A stretch of 64,000 bases of DNA from the NCBI GenBank assembly GCA_013286315.1, contig JABDFX010000005.1, forward strand, positions 6,435 through 70,434, in the 5' to 3' direction. A model generated the notes under the pieces. It was not told where the DNA came from, made no database searches, and saw only the letters and a program-made list of their open reading frames with translations. The stretch comes from Bacteroidota bacterium (lineage in GTDB: Bacteria; Bacteroidota; Bacteroidia; Chitinophagales; Chitinophagaceae). Every line of letters begins with the position of its first letter. Position 1 is the stretch's first letter. The position numbers and the translations under genes were made by a program. Shown piece after piece: positions 27,809 through 37,929 of the stretch.

Positions 27809-29065
27809 ATGTATTGCATGGATATCTTCATGCTTAGGAACTGGGTGCTGATGGTTAAATATTTTCTTTTACTGGTTTTTCTATCTCCCACGGCTTTTTT
27901 ATTGGCTCAGGTTGTACCGGACACAACGATTAATCCGGGTGTTAAACAAATTGATCTGATTGATATCGGACAGAGAATTGTTGATAAAAATTCTGTGTAC
28001 CGGGAAGACGTAGTGGTCAATAAAAAAGGCAGGGTTCATTTCAGCGCATTCCCGGCCGTGGGATATACACTACAAACCGGATTCGCAGGAGTCATCAGCG
28101 CCAACGCTGCTTTTTTTACCAGCGCACACAATCATGAATCGGAAAACGTTTCGACCGTTGTCACCAGCATCGCATACACGAGTAAAAGCCAGATTATTTT
28201 CCCCATTGCGTCCAGTATATGGACGAAGAATAATGAATATAATATTCTCACTGACTGGCGTTATCTGAAATATCCTTCGCCAACATTTGGACTGGGTGGT
28301 CACACGCAACAGGATAGTTCTTATAATGTTGATTATTCTTATATAAAACTGCACCAGGCGGTTCTCAAAAAAATAGGCACGGATCTGTATGCCGGACTTG
28401 GATATGATTTTGACTATTTCTGGAATATCACCGAAGTAAATCCACCGACTGATCGTGGTACCGACTTTCAGCAATACGGTCTGTCCAATACCGAAAAAGC
28501 GTCCGGTCTTTCATTCATTCTGAAGTATGACTCAAGAAGAAATCCGATCAATCCCCAAAAGGGCATATTTGCCAATATCCTTTTTCAGCCAAAATTTACT
28601 TTCATGGGAAGTGATGCCAACTGGCAATCATTATTGCTCGAATTCAGGGGCTATATTAAATTTCCTGATAATTCCCGGAACATCCTGGCTTTCTGGAGCT
28701 ATAACTGGTTTACGTTGGGTGGTAAACCACCTTATTTGCTATTACCCAGCACAGCTTGGGACGAATTCAGCAATACCGGAAGGGGATATATCCAGGGAAG
28801 GTTCAGAAGTCCGAATATGATTGATCAGGAAGCGGAATATCGTTTCACCATTTCGCGGAATGGATTATTTGGAGGCGTTGTATTTGCAAATGCCGAGTCG
28901 TTTTCAGATGTGCCGGGCGGAAAATATGAAGTCATATCGCCCGGGGCAGGTCTGGGCATCCGGATCATGCTGAATAAATTTTCAAAAACAAATATCGCCC
29001 TCGACTATGCCTGGGGAACCCAGGGATCCAGCGGGTTCTTTGTAAATCTCGGAGAAGTCTTCTAA
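27809..29065 (+). CDS. BamA/TamA (Omp85) family outer membrane protein, no POTRA domains (true start possibly about 27851)
   Basis: YDSRRN..NP..G, GRGYIQGRFR, AEYRF, GAGLGIR, C-terminal FVNLGEVF. Confidence 0.82.
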   Translation: MYCMDIFMLRNWVLMVKYFLLLVFLSPTAFLLAQVVPDTTINPGVKQIDLIDIGQRIVDKNSVYREDVVVNKKGRVHFSAFPAVGYTLQTGFAGVISANAAFFTSAHNHESENVSTVVTSIAYTSKSQIIFPIASSIWTKNNEYNILTDWRYLKYPSPTFGLGGHTQQDSSYNVDYSYIKLHQAVLKKIGTDLYAGLGYDFDYFWNITEVNPPTDRGTDFQQYGLSNTEKASGLSFILKYDSRRNPINPQKGIFANILFQPKFTFMGSDANWQSLLLEFRGYIKFPDNSRNILAFWSYNWFTLGGKPPYLLLPSTAWDEFSNTGRGYIQGRFRSPNMIDQEAEYRFTISRNGLFGGVVFANAESFSDVPGGKYEVISPGAGLGIRIMLNKFSKTNIALDYAWGTQGSSGFFVNLGEVF

Positions 29066-29096
29066 GCCTAAAGCTCAAAGCCCAAAGCCTAAAACC
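29063..29096 (+). repeat. AAAGCYY heptamer array beginning at a stop codon
   Basis: TAAGCCT AAAGCTC AAAGCCC AAAGCCT AAAAC. Confidence 0.8.
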
Positions 29097-29114
29097 AGTA
29101 CCAGAATGTGAAAA

Positions 29115-29861
29115 TTATCTTAGCAAGTGTTGCATTTGTTGAAAAGCAGAAATAAACATTTTATATTTATTATCCGTATGTGGCCATGCAATCGTATGGG
29201 TTCTTACGATATTTTCAAGGATCGTCGTCGCTCTGGCACAATCCGCACTGTCATAAAAATATCCCTTCCATATTTCCGGTAAATTACTATATGATTTTAT
29301 CGTAAATCCGTTACCATAGATTTTGATGGGCGATGCTGTACTCCTGACGTCCACGGTTGTTAATTCATTCTCGAGCGCCCAGTTAAAATAACTGACCCAA
29401 AATGTGCAGTGATTTCTCAACCGGCTTTTTAACTGTTCGTCCGTTTCTTTTGCAGTTGCTGTTTTTCGCCATATATTATTTGGCCTGGAGAATGGATCCT
29501 TTACGATTTCGGGTACAGGCAGTCCGTCAAAATTAGCGGCATTTGATTTTCCGGTCTGAACCTGCATTTCTTTTGACTTCAGGAAATTAACGAGCAGAAT
29601 ATTGATTTCGCCATTGTCTGCATGCAAAAACAATTGCTGATCCTTAAAATCCCAATGGCCGGTTTGAAATTTACCGAGATCAGAGGTGAAGGTTTTGTCT
29701 TCCCTTAATTCAAGAAAATTCGCAGGCGTCAGGGAATTCTTATCCGGGTCGGGATCACTGCTGTAAGTATAGAACCAAAGCTGGCTGATTCCAGATTTGG
29801 TTTCACAACCACTGATAAAGGTCGTCAGCCCAATTAGAATCCACAAAAGATATATTTTCAT
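29115..29861 (-). CDS. Hypothetical lipoprotein
   Basis: Lipobox-like FISGC; 248-aa ORF. Confidence 0.65.
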   Translation of the reverse strand: MKIYLLWILIGLTTFISGCETKSGISQLWFYTYSSDPDPDKNSLTPANFLELREDKTFTSDLGKFQTGHWDFKDQQLFLHADNGEINILLVNFLKSKEMQVQTGKSNAANFDGLPVPEIVKDPFSRPNNIWRKTATAKETDEQLKSRLRNHCTFWVSYFNWALENELTTVDVRSTASPIKIYGNGFTIKSYSNLPEIWKGYFYDSADCARATTILENIVRTHTIAWPHTDNKYKMFISAFQQMQHLLR

Positions 29862-29878
29862 AATAGCTTTTTCAATAA

Positions 29879-29913
29879 AGGCTTTAAGCGTTACGCGTTC
29901 CGCTTTGAGCTTA
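29879..29913 (-). repeat. AAMGCNY heptamer array x5 (reverse orientation)
   Basis: Minus strand reads TAAGCTC AAAGCGG AACGCGT AACGCTT AAAGCCT directly after the stop of the 29914..32109 gene. Confidence 0.8.
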
Positions 29914-32109
29914 TTACATATTCAGCCAGTAGTTCAATTTCAACACTACTGCCCTGGTACGTACCGAAAACGGATTGGTATAATAATTATCCGTATATAC
30001 CAGGAAAAAATCGGAAGCCGGTTTATACCGCCATTGCAGGCGCGTATTAATATTCATATTTTTTATCTGTTCATTATACTGGACATAGGCAGTAAAATAA
30101 ATGGTATTTGTAAAAGTAATGTCGATACGCGGACCGACCAATAAGAATCTTGTATTTCCCCAGGGCTGCGGAAGATCGAGCACGTTATAGGAAGTCGTGA
30201 GGGTGATGTTCACATAGGGCTGAATCCTCAATCCCACATCGGTCAGAATGGATAATTTGTTTCCCTGCGCATAATAACCACCATACCTAACCGAAAAATC
30301 ATAAGTAAAGACGCTTTGTGGTTTGGAAAAGAAATCCACTCCACCTGTATACCATTTATGAATTGATCCGGTGGGCAGGTAACCGATGCCCGTGTTGGTC
30401 GGATCAAAAGGCGCCTGGAGTTGCACATAGTCCTGTTGGGTAACCAGGGTCAGTGTCGCTTTGTTACGGAATGTAATAAGCCAGTCGACAATGTTCTCGT
30501 TGTCTGTTGTTTTAAATTTTTCATTATAGTAGAAATTTGAAAACCATTGCGGACCGTGACTTAATATTGCACCCTGGCTGGGGAAAATATAATAGGATGC
30601 CTGTGGATAAAACCGGATATATCCTGTTCGCGGTACATATCCGGCTTCTGCTTTGTAATTGTTGCCGATATATTGATAGGCTCCGTTGATCAGCCATTTT
30701 TTACCTGAATATTGCAGGTTGCCTGCCGCTACCCAATCATTCCCGATTGATCCCGGAGTAAATGACTTCATGATCAGTTGCTTGCCTGTCCAGAAATTGT
30801 TGACAGAAGCCAGGTTATATTCCAATCCGAAAGTCCTGTTGTATGTCGTATAATGCGGATGTACAGAATCTTTCATGGGATCATAATCAATGGATTGTTT
30901 ATTGACCCATAAAAATCCAATATTCGATCGCGAGAAAACTTTTCGCTGCAGTGCCAGCACCGCGAAATTCTGCTGCGGTAAACCGATGGAATCCACCGTT
31001 CCGGTTTGCATGTCCATTGCGCCGATCCGCCAGTTCTTATCCAGTTTACCACTGAGCCTCGCACCGAATTCTATTGGCACTCCCAGACCAATTCGTCTGG
31101 AGAAAAAAGGCCTTATGTCGGCGTATCCGAAATTATTGAACTGGTCGCCGTTTTCAAGGAAGAACTGTCTTTTTTCCGGGTAGAACAATTCATAACGGCT
31201 CAGGTCAACCACCTGTTTGTCTACTTCTATCTGCGAGAAATCCGGATTGACGGTCAGATCCAGATTCAGTGACGACGTGATGGAAACCTTTGCATCTCCG
31301 CCGACCATGGTCTTATATTGTGTGGGTTGGGTATTGTCATAAGTTTTGATTGCCCTGGTAAGAACGTAGGGAATAAATGACACGTTGGTGCCGGGTGCCG
31401 GTGGAATCGAATCCCAGAGCAGGACTCCTGTATAAGCGAGAGATGCTGATGGAAACTGTCTCGGAACAGGCGCCCAACTGGATTTCTCCGTAGTCTTCAA
31501 ATCATTACGACTGAGGTTGATTCCCCAGGTGGACAAAGCTTTTTTATAACGAAGGGTTTTAAATGGAATGGCAATCTCCAGGATATATTTATCCGGATAT
31601 CCCTTCACACTCGAATACCAGATATTATCCCAGCTCAGATCCACTTTCCCGCCCTCATACATGGTGCCATCCCATTGCGCACCGGCGGCATTGGTGCCAA
31701 ACGTAAAACCATTCGTTTCATCCCCATAGGTATCCAGGAAGAAAATAAAATTGTCGTTTTTACTAAAACTGAAATCCCGTCGCAGTGATTCCACCATGTA
31801 AGGACCCTTCATTCCGTCATAACATACGGCGGACAAATAGAAATACTTGTTGTCATAGGCCATGCGTACTTCCGTCTTCACATTGGCCAAGGATGTATCC
31901 ATGGGCAGGATCATAAAGAAATCCTTGGCCAATTCCGCCTGCTTCCAGGAAGTTTCGTCCAGTACGCCATCGATCCGGATCGGATCAACCGTATGATGTA
32001 TATGAATCAGGAACTTCGCATTCTTTTTTTGGGAAAAAACGGGCAGGCTGAGCATCCACAAAAACAACAAGGGTAGGCCAGTTCTCATCAACAGCGAAAT
32101 CGTTTGCAT
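29914..32109 (-). CDS. CBM9-like domain + DUF5916 outer membrane protein
   Basis: IDGVLDE..W, EIAIPFKTLRY, TVNPDFSQIEVD, FYPEKRQFFLEN, FFSRRIG; ends in KLNYWL. Confidence 0.8.
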   Translation of the reverse strand: MQTISLLMRTGLPLLFLWMLSLPVFSQKKNAKFLIHIHHTVDPIRIDGVLDETSWKQAELAKDFFMILPMDTSLANVKTEVRMAYDNKYFYLSAVCYDGMKGPYMVESLRRDFSFSKNDNFIFFLDTYGDETNGFTFGTNAAGAQWDGTMYEGGKVDLSWDNIWYSSVKGYPDKYILEIAIPFKTLRYKKALSTWGINLSRNDLKTTEKSSWAPVPRQFPSASLAYTGVLLWDSIPPAPGTNVSFIPYVLTRAIKTYDNTQPTQYKTMVGGDAKVSITSSLNLDLTVNPDFSQIEVDKQVVDLSRYELFYPEKRQFFLENGDQFNNFGYADIRPFFSRRIGLGVPIEFGARLSGKLDKNWRIGAMDMQTGTVDSIGLPQQNFAVLALQRKVFSRSNIGFLWVNKQSIDYDPMKDSVHPHYTTYNRTFGLEYNLASVNNFWTGKQLIMKSFTPGSIGNDWVAAGNLQYSGKKWLINGAYQYIGNNYKAEAGYVPRTGYIRFYPQASYYIFPSQGAILSHGPQWFSNFYYNEKFKTTDNENIVDWLITFRNKATLTLVTQQDYVQLQAPFDPTNTGIGYLPTGSIHKWYTGGVDFFSKPQSVFTYDFSVRYGGYYAQGNKLSILTDVGLRIQPYVNITLTTSYNVLDLPQPWGNTRFLLVGPRIDITFTNTIYFTAYVQYNEQIKNMNINTRLQWRYKPASDFFLVYTDNYYTNPFSVRTRAVVLKLNYWLNM

Positions 32110-32314
32110 TAGTTGAAAAAATACGATTTATTAAGGAAATCAGTCGTTTTGGCTTGTATTTAACTATAATTCAAAGTATTTTTAACTGCTTCCCGCCAAT
32201 TTATGGCGCAATACTTGCGTTAGCGGTCTGATTCTATTTTTCCCAATTTCCTCCGAATTTCCGTTTTAAAACCTTGTTCTTTGAAAGATTTGATCCGTTG
32301 AAAATCTTTTAAGA

Positions 32315-33154
32315 ATGAAATCTTTATTTTTTTCTCTTTTGCTGGTTCCCGGATTCATGCAGGCCCAGCGCTGGCATCTCAATTTAACCGGGGGCGTGGC
32401 CAACTATTCCGGAGATTTGCAGTCCAAGACTTTTACATTCGATCAATCTTATTTTTCCTTTGGTGCCGGTGTGCAATATGATATAACAAGGAATTTTTCA
32501 GTCATCAGTAATATCATGATAATGAAAGTGGGCGCGTCGGATCAATATAACAAACCGGATCTCGTATTTCGCAATCTGAGTTTTCAAAATAATATTACTG
32601 AAGGGAACCTGCTGGGAGAATACACATTTTTTGATATCACACAAAAGAAATTCTCCCCGTTTCTATTTGCGGGAATCGCAATTTTTCACAATAACCCGTA
32701 CGCTTATGATACGCTGGGTCAGAAGACGTATCTCAGACCACTGAGCACGGAGGGAGAGGGGCTGCCCCAGTATCCTGGTCAGAAACCTTATAGTGAAACA
32801 CAATTTTCCATTCCCTACGGCGGAGGAATTAAATTCAGGATGAGCGAGAGTGTCGTACTCGCATGGGAGATCGGGTTTAGAAAAACTTTTACCGATTATA
32901 TCGATGATGTGAGCACGTTTTATGTGGACAAAACCATATTGCTAAACGCGAAGGGACCTATCGCTGTCGAAATGGCCTACCGTGCCAATGAATTGAAGGG
33001 TGGTGATCAAACATATCCTGTGGCGGGCACTAAACGTGGCAGTCCAACAAGCTACGATATTTATTACTATACCGGCATCCGGATTAGCATTGCGCTGATC
33101 AATTATAAATTATACGGAAGGGGCAAGACCGATTGTCCGACCAATGTACAATGA
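32315..33154 (+). CDS. DUF6089-like outer membrane beta-barrel protein
   Basis: NY.GDL, RNLSF, LRPLSTEGEG, EIGFRKTFTDYIDDVS. Confidence 0.7.
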   Translation: MKSLFFSLLLVPGFMQAQRWHLNLTGGVANYSGDLQSKTFTFDQSYFSFGAGVQYDITRNFSVISNIMIMKVGASDQYNKPDLVFRNLSFQNNITEGNLLGEYTFFDITQKKFSPFLFAGIAIFHNNPYAYDTLGQKTYLRPLSTEGEGLPQYPGQKPYSETQFSIPYGGGIKFRMSESVVLAWEIGFRKTFTDYIDDVSTFYVDKTILLNAKGPIAVEMAYRANELKGGDQTYPVAGTKRGSPTSYDIYYYTGIRISIALINYKLYGRGKTDCPTNVQ

Positions 33155-33189
33155 AATTTGTTAGCTAATTTTGCTGTCTAACAATAAAG

Positions 33190-35106
33190 ATGGCATTTAA
33201 TAATTTAAGTGAGTTCCTGAGCGCGTTGGAATCGGCGGGAGAACTGATGAGAATAAAAACCTATGTCGATCCAACATTGGAAATTGCTGAGATTACCGAC
33301 CGGATCAGCAAAACAGCTTCAAGAAACAAAGCGCTTCTTTTCGAAAATACCGGTTATGATTTCCCGGTACTGATGAATGCCTATGGCAGTGAAAAAAGAA
33401 TGTGCATCGCGCTGGGTGTATCCCGGCTTGATGACATCAGTAAAGAAATCGAATCCCTTTTTAAAATGCTGGCGGGTCCTAAGGAATCTATCCTGGACAA
33501 ACTTCGTGTGCTTCCAAAATTGACCCAGTTCGCCGCCTGGATGCCGAAAGTCATACGTGGAAAGGGTGAATGCCAGGAAGTGATTCTGGATTCTCCCGAC
33601 CTGAACAAACTTCCCATCATTACCTGCTGGCCGAAAGATGGAGGCCCTTTCATCACGTTGCCTGTCATTCATACTAAGGATCCGGAAACCGGTATCCGCA
33701 ATGTGGGCATGTACCGGATGCAGCTGATGGGCGAGAGGCTAACAGGTATGCACTGGCATAAACATAAAGTGAGTGCCCGTCATTTTGAAGCCTATAAAAA
33801 ATTAAAAAAGCGTATGCCCGTGGCCGTTGCAATGGGTGGCGATCCCGTATATGCCTATGCGGCTACTGCGCCATTGCCGGACAATGTGGATGAATATATG
33901 CTGGCCGGTTTTTTACGAAAGAAAAAAGTGGAGCTTGTTCGATGCCTCACACAACCCGAACTCGAAGTACCTGCTGATGCAGATATCGTAATTGAAGGAT
34001 ATGTGGATCCTGAAGAAGCGCCCGTTTGGGAAGGCCCCTTCGGAGATCATACAGGATATTATTCGTTGCCGGACTGGTATCCCTCATTCCATGTAACCGC
34101 CATTACCCATAAGAAAAATGCCATTTACCCCGCAACGATTGTAGGTATACCACCGCAGGAAGATGCCTGGCTGGGGAAAGCGACAGAAAGAATTTTTCTT
34201 GCACCGATGAAGATGATGATGATTCCCGAAATCGTGGATATGGAAATGCCCGTGGAAGGTGTTTTTCATAATCTGGTGATCGCACAGATACATAAGACAT
34301 TTGCAGGGCACGGACAAAAGGTGATGAGTGCCATGTGGGGTGCCGGTCAGATGATGTTTAATAAAATACTCGTGCTGGTAGATGAAGGCATTTCGATAAC
34401 AGATTATTTGTCGCTGGCGAAATATGTATTCAAAAATCTGAATCCTGCTACAGATATCGCTTTTGCGCAGGGGCCGATGGATGTGCTGGATCATAGTTGC
34501 AGCAAACTGGGATTCGGCGGAAAAATGTGCATCGACGGAACAAAGAAATTCGAAGAAGAAATTGACGAGCGATATGCTGCTCAGGAACATATGCATCTTC
34601 CCGGCGATGGATGGCTTGATGCATTCCCCGAAATGAAAGCGATGAACCGACAGTTAATGGAGAAAGGCATTCCCTGTCTGATTATATCTGTATTAAAATC
34701 ACGCAAGGGACAGGTGCGCGATCTGCACCGGACATTCGCGGAAAAAATATATACTGATACAGGGGTAAAGTTGATTCTCTATATAGATGAAAGTATTGAT
34801 CCATCCAATTTACCGGTTGCGCTCTGGCGATTCTGTAACAATCTCGATCCAAAAAGAGATTCCTTTTTATTTGAAGGAAGAAAAGGAGAAAAAATAATAG
34901 CCTGCATGGGCCTGGATGGTACTACTAAAACTGAGGCCCTTGATGACTTTCACCGGGACTGGCCCAATATCATTGTGGCTGATGAAAAAACAATTGATGC
35001 GGTTGACAAAAAATGGAATCAACTGGGTCTGGGAGATCTCATTCCCTCACCATCACTCTCTTTCCGTGACCAGCTTTATGGGGAGGAAGCTGTTGCGGCT
35101 GTTTAA
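33190..35106 (+). CDS. UbiD family (menaquinone biosynthesis) decarboxylase
   Basis: WPKDGGPFITLP, RNVGMYRMQ, EGPFGDHTGYYS, GPMDVLDH, GGKMCIDGT; TAATTTTG promoter motif upstream. Confidence 0.9.
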   Translation: MAFNNLSEFLSALESAGELMRIKTYVDPTLEIAEITDRISKTASRNKALLFENTGYDFPVLMNAYGSEKRMCIALGVSRLDDISKEIESLFKMLAGPKESILDKLRVLPKLTQFAAWMPKVIRGKGECQEVILDSPDLNKLPIITCWPKDGGPFITLPVIHTKDPETGIRNVGMYRMQLMGERLTGMHWHKHKVSARHFEAYKKLKKRMPVAVAMGGDPVYAYAATAPLPDNVDEYMLAGFLRKKKVELVRCLTQPELEVPADADIVIEGYVDPEEAPVWEGPFGDHTGYYSLPDWYPSFHVTAITHKKNAIYPATIVGIPPQEDAWLGKATERIFLAPMKMMMIPEIVDMEMPVEGVFHNLVIAQIHKTFAGHGQKVMSAMWGAGQMMFNKILVLVDEGISITDYLSLAKYVFKNLNPATDIAFAQGPMDVLDHSCSKLGFGGKMCIDGTKKFEEEIDERYAAQEHMHLPGDGWLDAFPEMKAMNRQLMEKGIPCLIISVLKSRKGQVRDLHRTFAEKIYTDTGVKLILYIDESIDPSNLPVALWRFCNNLDPKRDSFLFEGRKGEKIIACMGLDGTTKTEALDDFHRDWPNIIVADEKTIDAVDKKWNQLGLGDLIPSPSLSFRDQLYGEEAVAAV

Positions 35107-35109
35107 TTA

Positions 35110-35433
35110 TTATTCAGCATTGGCAGACGATCCCTCTGCTTTTTTTCGTTTATATTCTGTCATATAATCGGAGAGTGCACAATGGTAAATGGATTTCCGG
35201 CCCTGGCGGGGATAGGTTGAACTTTTAACCGGATCGTTTACAATTTCACTGGCAAACCTTGCAGCTTTGGCAAAAATTTCCCTAAATTCGATTTGCTCTT
35301 TGGTATAGATTACTTTGCTGCGGTCGGGGTATTTTGTGATAAAGGTTTTCCCATTGATGATCTTATTCACCACCAGTTTTCCGATCCTTCCTGAAGATCC
35401 CTGGACAACAAAGTTTTCTTTGACTTCGGCCAT
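35110..35433 (-). CDS. Small basic hypothetical protein (Bacteroidota family)
   Basis: SGRIGKLVV...GKTFITKYP...EQ..FR..F..A..FA pattern; 107 aa. Confidence 0.6.
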   Translation of the reverse strand: MAEVKENFVVQGSSGRIGKLVVNKIINGKTFITKYPDRSKVIYTKEQIEFREIFAKAARFASEIVNDPVKSSTYPRQGRKSIYHCALSDYMTEYKRKKAEGSSANAE

Positions 35434-35523
35434 AATTCCTTTTTCCCGAATAACGAAGCTTTCTCCCGAATATTATCTGATCTTACGTAATCTTACGCCT
35501 TTTTAAGTCTTCTGTCGTCTGGG

Positions 35524-35558
35524 ATTCATCTGAGATTCGTCTGAAATGCGCCTGAGAT
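35524..35558 (+). repeat. Degenerate 11-bp tandem repeat x3
   Basis: ATTCATCTGAG ATTCGTCTGAA ATGCGCCTGAG AT. Confidence 0.5.
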
Positions 35559-35727
35559 GTTTCTGTCTAATTGTTACCTTATGACAAGACCTTTGATACC
35601 TTTTACCGAACACCAAACCAGACGATTTGCTGTTAAAATGCGGTTCCCCCATCGCGGGTAAAAGATTGACAGACAAAGAATAGTTAAGCAAAACAGCAAT
35701 TATATTTTGCCATAATTGGCCAAGCCC

Positions 35728-35735
35728 TAATTTTG
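35728..35735 (+). promoter_or_regulatory. Bacteroidota -7 promoter element for tRNA-Ser
   Basis: TAATTTTG 5 bp upstream of the tRNA. Confidence 0.65.
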
Positions 35736-35740
35736 CGCCC

Positions 35741-35828
<88 letters not shown>

Positions 35829-35991
35829 AAGAAAATAAAGCCCCGAAAGGGGCATTTTTATTTCCGCGAGCGTTGAAAGTTTACTTTCAAAAGTGAGTGG
35901 GAATAAAAATGGAAGGCGCGAAGCGCCGGCTTTATTTTATTTGAAGCCTCCCCTTAAGGGATGGCCGAAGGCCAATCCCTCTCTCTCCGCC
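35829..35991 (+). other. Structured insert ending in an 18-bp direct repeat of the tRNA-Ser 3' end
   Basis: AATCCCTCTCTCTCCGCC at 35810-35827 and 35974-35991, with nested inverted repeats in between. Confidence 0.8.
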
Positions 35992-36192
35992 TTCGCCCAC
36001 CGAGGCTTTCGCGCAGGTGGGCTTTTCTATAGGTGGGCTTCGGACGCTTGCGCCAAAGCTTCAGAGTCAGCATGCCGTATAAATAAGTCATGCAAGTGAG
36101 GTGGCCAATGTCATCCAGAAAGCTGCTTAAGTAAAGGTTTTGGAAACAGCTAAAAAACAGACAACTTCGCATAGTACAACTAACTATTATAG

Positions 36193-36780
36193 ATGCCTGA
36201 TCTTAAGACGGTCATTCGTTGCCCGTGGAGTCTTTCATCTGAATTAATGATAAAATATCATGATGAAGAGTGGGGTGTGCCTATTCATAATGAAAGAAAA
36301 CTTTTTGAATTTATTGTGCTTGATTCTTTCCAGGCAGGATTAAGCTGGAGCACGATATTAAATAAACGGGAAAACTTTAGAAATGCATTTGACAATTTTG
36401 AACCGGAGAAAGTAGCCCGCTATTCTGATAAAAAAATTCAAAAGCTTTTAAATGATGCAGGCATTATTCGGAATAAATTAAAAATATATGCCACAGTAAA
36501 TAATGCGAAGAAATTTATTGAGATCCAAAAAGAGCATAACTCATTTGATAACTATATTTGGCAGTTCACCAATCATAAAACCATAAGAAATAGCTGGAAG
36601 GATATGAAAAACATTCCTCCACGAACCATTCACTCCGATGCGATGAGTAAATCGCTATATGAAAAAGGATTCAAATTTGTTGGTTCAACCATATGCTATG
36701 CCTTTATGCAGGCCGCCGGCATGGTAAATGATCATTTAACAGAATGTTACCGGTATCACAAATTGAAACCTGAAGCATAA
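36193..36780 (+). CDS. tag: DNA-3-methyladenine glycosylase I
   Basis: RCPW, YHDEEWG, FQAGLSW, GIIRNKLKI, GFKFVGSTICYAFMQA.GMVNDH...C. Confidence 0.95.
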   Translation: MPDLKTVIRCPWSLSSELMIKYHDEEWGVPIHNERKLFEFIVLDSFQAGLSWSTILNKRENFRNAFDNFEPEKVARYSDKKIQKLLNDAGIIRNKLKIYATVNNAKKFIEIQKEHNSFDNYIWQFTNHKTIRNSWKDMKNIPPRTIHSDAMSKSLYEKGFKFVGSTICYAFMQAAGMVNDHLTECYRYHKLKPEA

Positions 36781-36919
36781 AAATGCAAGAAATGTTGACG
36801 GACGTGGTTTTGATAAGGAAGAAAATCGTCCGGCCAATCTTCAGATTCCGTTGGTTAAAAAATTGGATTGACCTGTCTAAAACACCGCAGATTTTTTATT
36901 CATTTGCTGATGAATCCAC

Positions 36920-37498
36920 TCATACTTTTGGAGCGATCATCTTCTTCAGTCTGCGGAGTTTAACAGACAGGTAAATCCTGAATATACCGGAAAAGATAAA
37001 AGCCGAACCTGTCCAGATAATAATATTAGCTGCGCCGAAGACCGGGTTTATCAAAACCATCAGTCCAAAAAATATAATGGCGATTCCAAGAAACAGGAAC
37101 CATCCCCAGTTTTTATCACCGTAGCTTTTCATATCAAAAGCCGATCCAATAGCTGAACCACCTCTGTATAACAACCAGAATCCTAAAATAAAAGGTAATA
37201 CTGTCATTGTAATAGCGGGATAGGATAAAAGATAAAATCCTATCACCAAATCGAGCAGGCCGCTGGCAAGAGTCCAACCCCAGCTATCCATGCCTTTACG
37301 GTTTGAAACAGCAAAGATGATTTCAAAGATTCCCGTGAGCAGGATACCCCAGGCAAACAGCAGGCTCAGGGATAAATAACTCGCAATGGGCGAAGAAATG
37401 ACCCAAATACCAACAACGATCAGCAATACACCGCTTAATAAAATCAGCCACCAGTAATTAATAGATTCCCTGATTGTTTTTAGAAATGACTGCGTCAT
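36920..37498 (-). CDS. HdeD/DUF308 family membrane protein
   Basis: Six TM helices; WWLILLSG, WGWTLASG repeats. Confidence 0.85.
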   Translation of the reverse strand: MTQSFLKTIRESINYWWLILLSGVLLIVVGIWVISSPIASYLSLSLLFAWGILLTGIFEIIFAVSNRKGMDSWGWTLASGLLDLVIGFYLLSYPAITMTVLPFILGFWLLYRGGSAIGSAFDMKSYGDKNWGWFLFLGIAIIFFGLMVLINPVFGAANIIIWTGSAFIFSGIFRIYLSVKLRRLKKMIAPKV

Positions 37499-37929
37499 AA
37501 AATTTGTTTTAATGTTAATTATTAAAAGTAAAATTGTCCGGTAAACAAAAGAATTATCAATAGAAGTTACCGGGTACGCAGTTTGTTTTCAGAGAGAGAA
37601 TGAAGTCAGCTTCATGATCTTACAGAACGAGTCATTTGTGCCGCGATTGTCTGAACCTGCGAAAAGCGTACAGCAGGGCAATGGTTACTGCAAGTATTAT
37701 TAGTCCCACCAATTAAAATTAACCAATATCCGGAATTGACAACCCTTTACAATGATTATTTCAACAATTGTTATCGCACAATAAAAATTCCTAACAGCGG
37801 GTGATCCGTTACATTCTGTATTCCCGGCAACCGGCATTCCGGAGAATTTGAAAACTGGTGATTCAATCCCCGGGTACTCTCACCTTCATTGCCCAATAAG
37901 TAATAAATTACAATTACTTAAAACTAAGG

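Noticed and set aside
35829-36192. Prophage or integrative island at tRNA-Ser; ORFs 35893..36099 and 35954..36172
   Set aside because: The direct repeats are only 146 bp apart and there is no integrase. The ORFs are translations of palindromic non-coding DNA with no recognisable motif.
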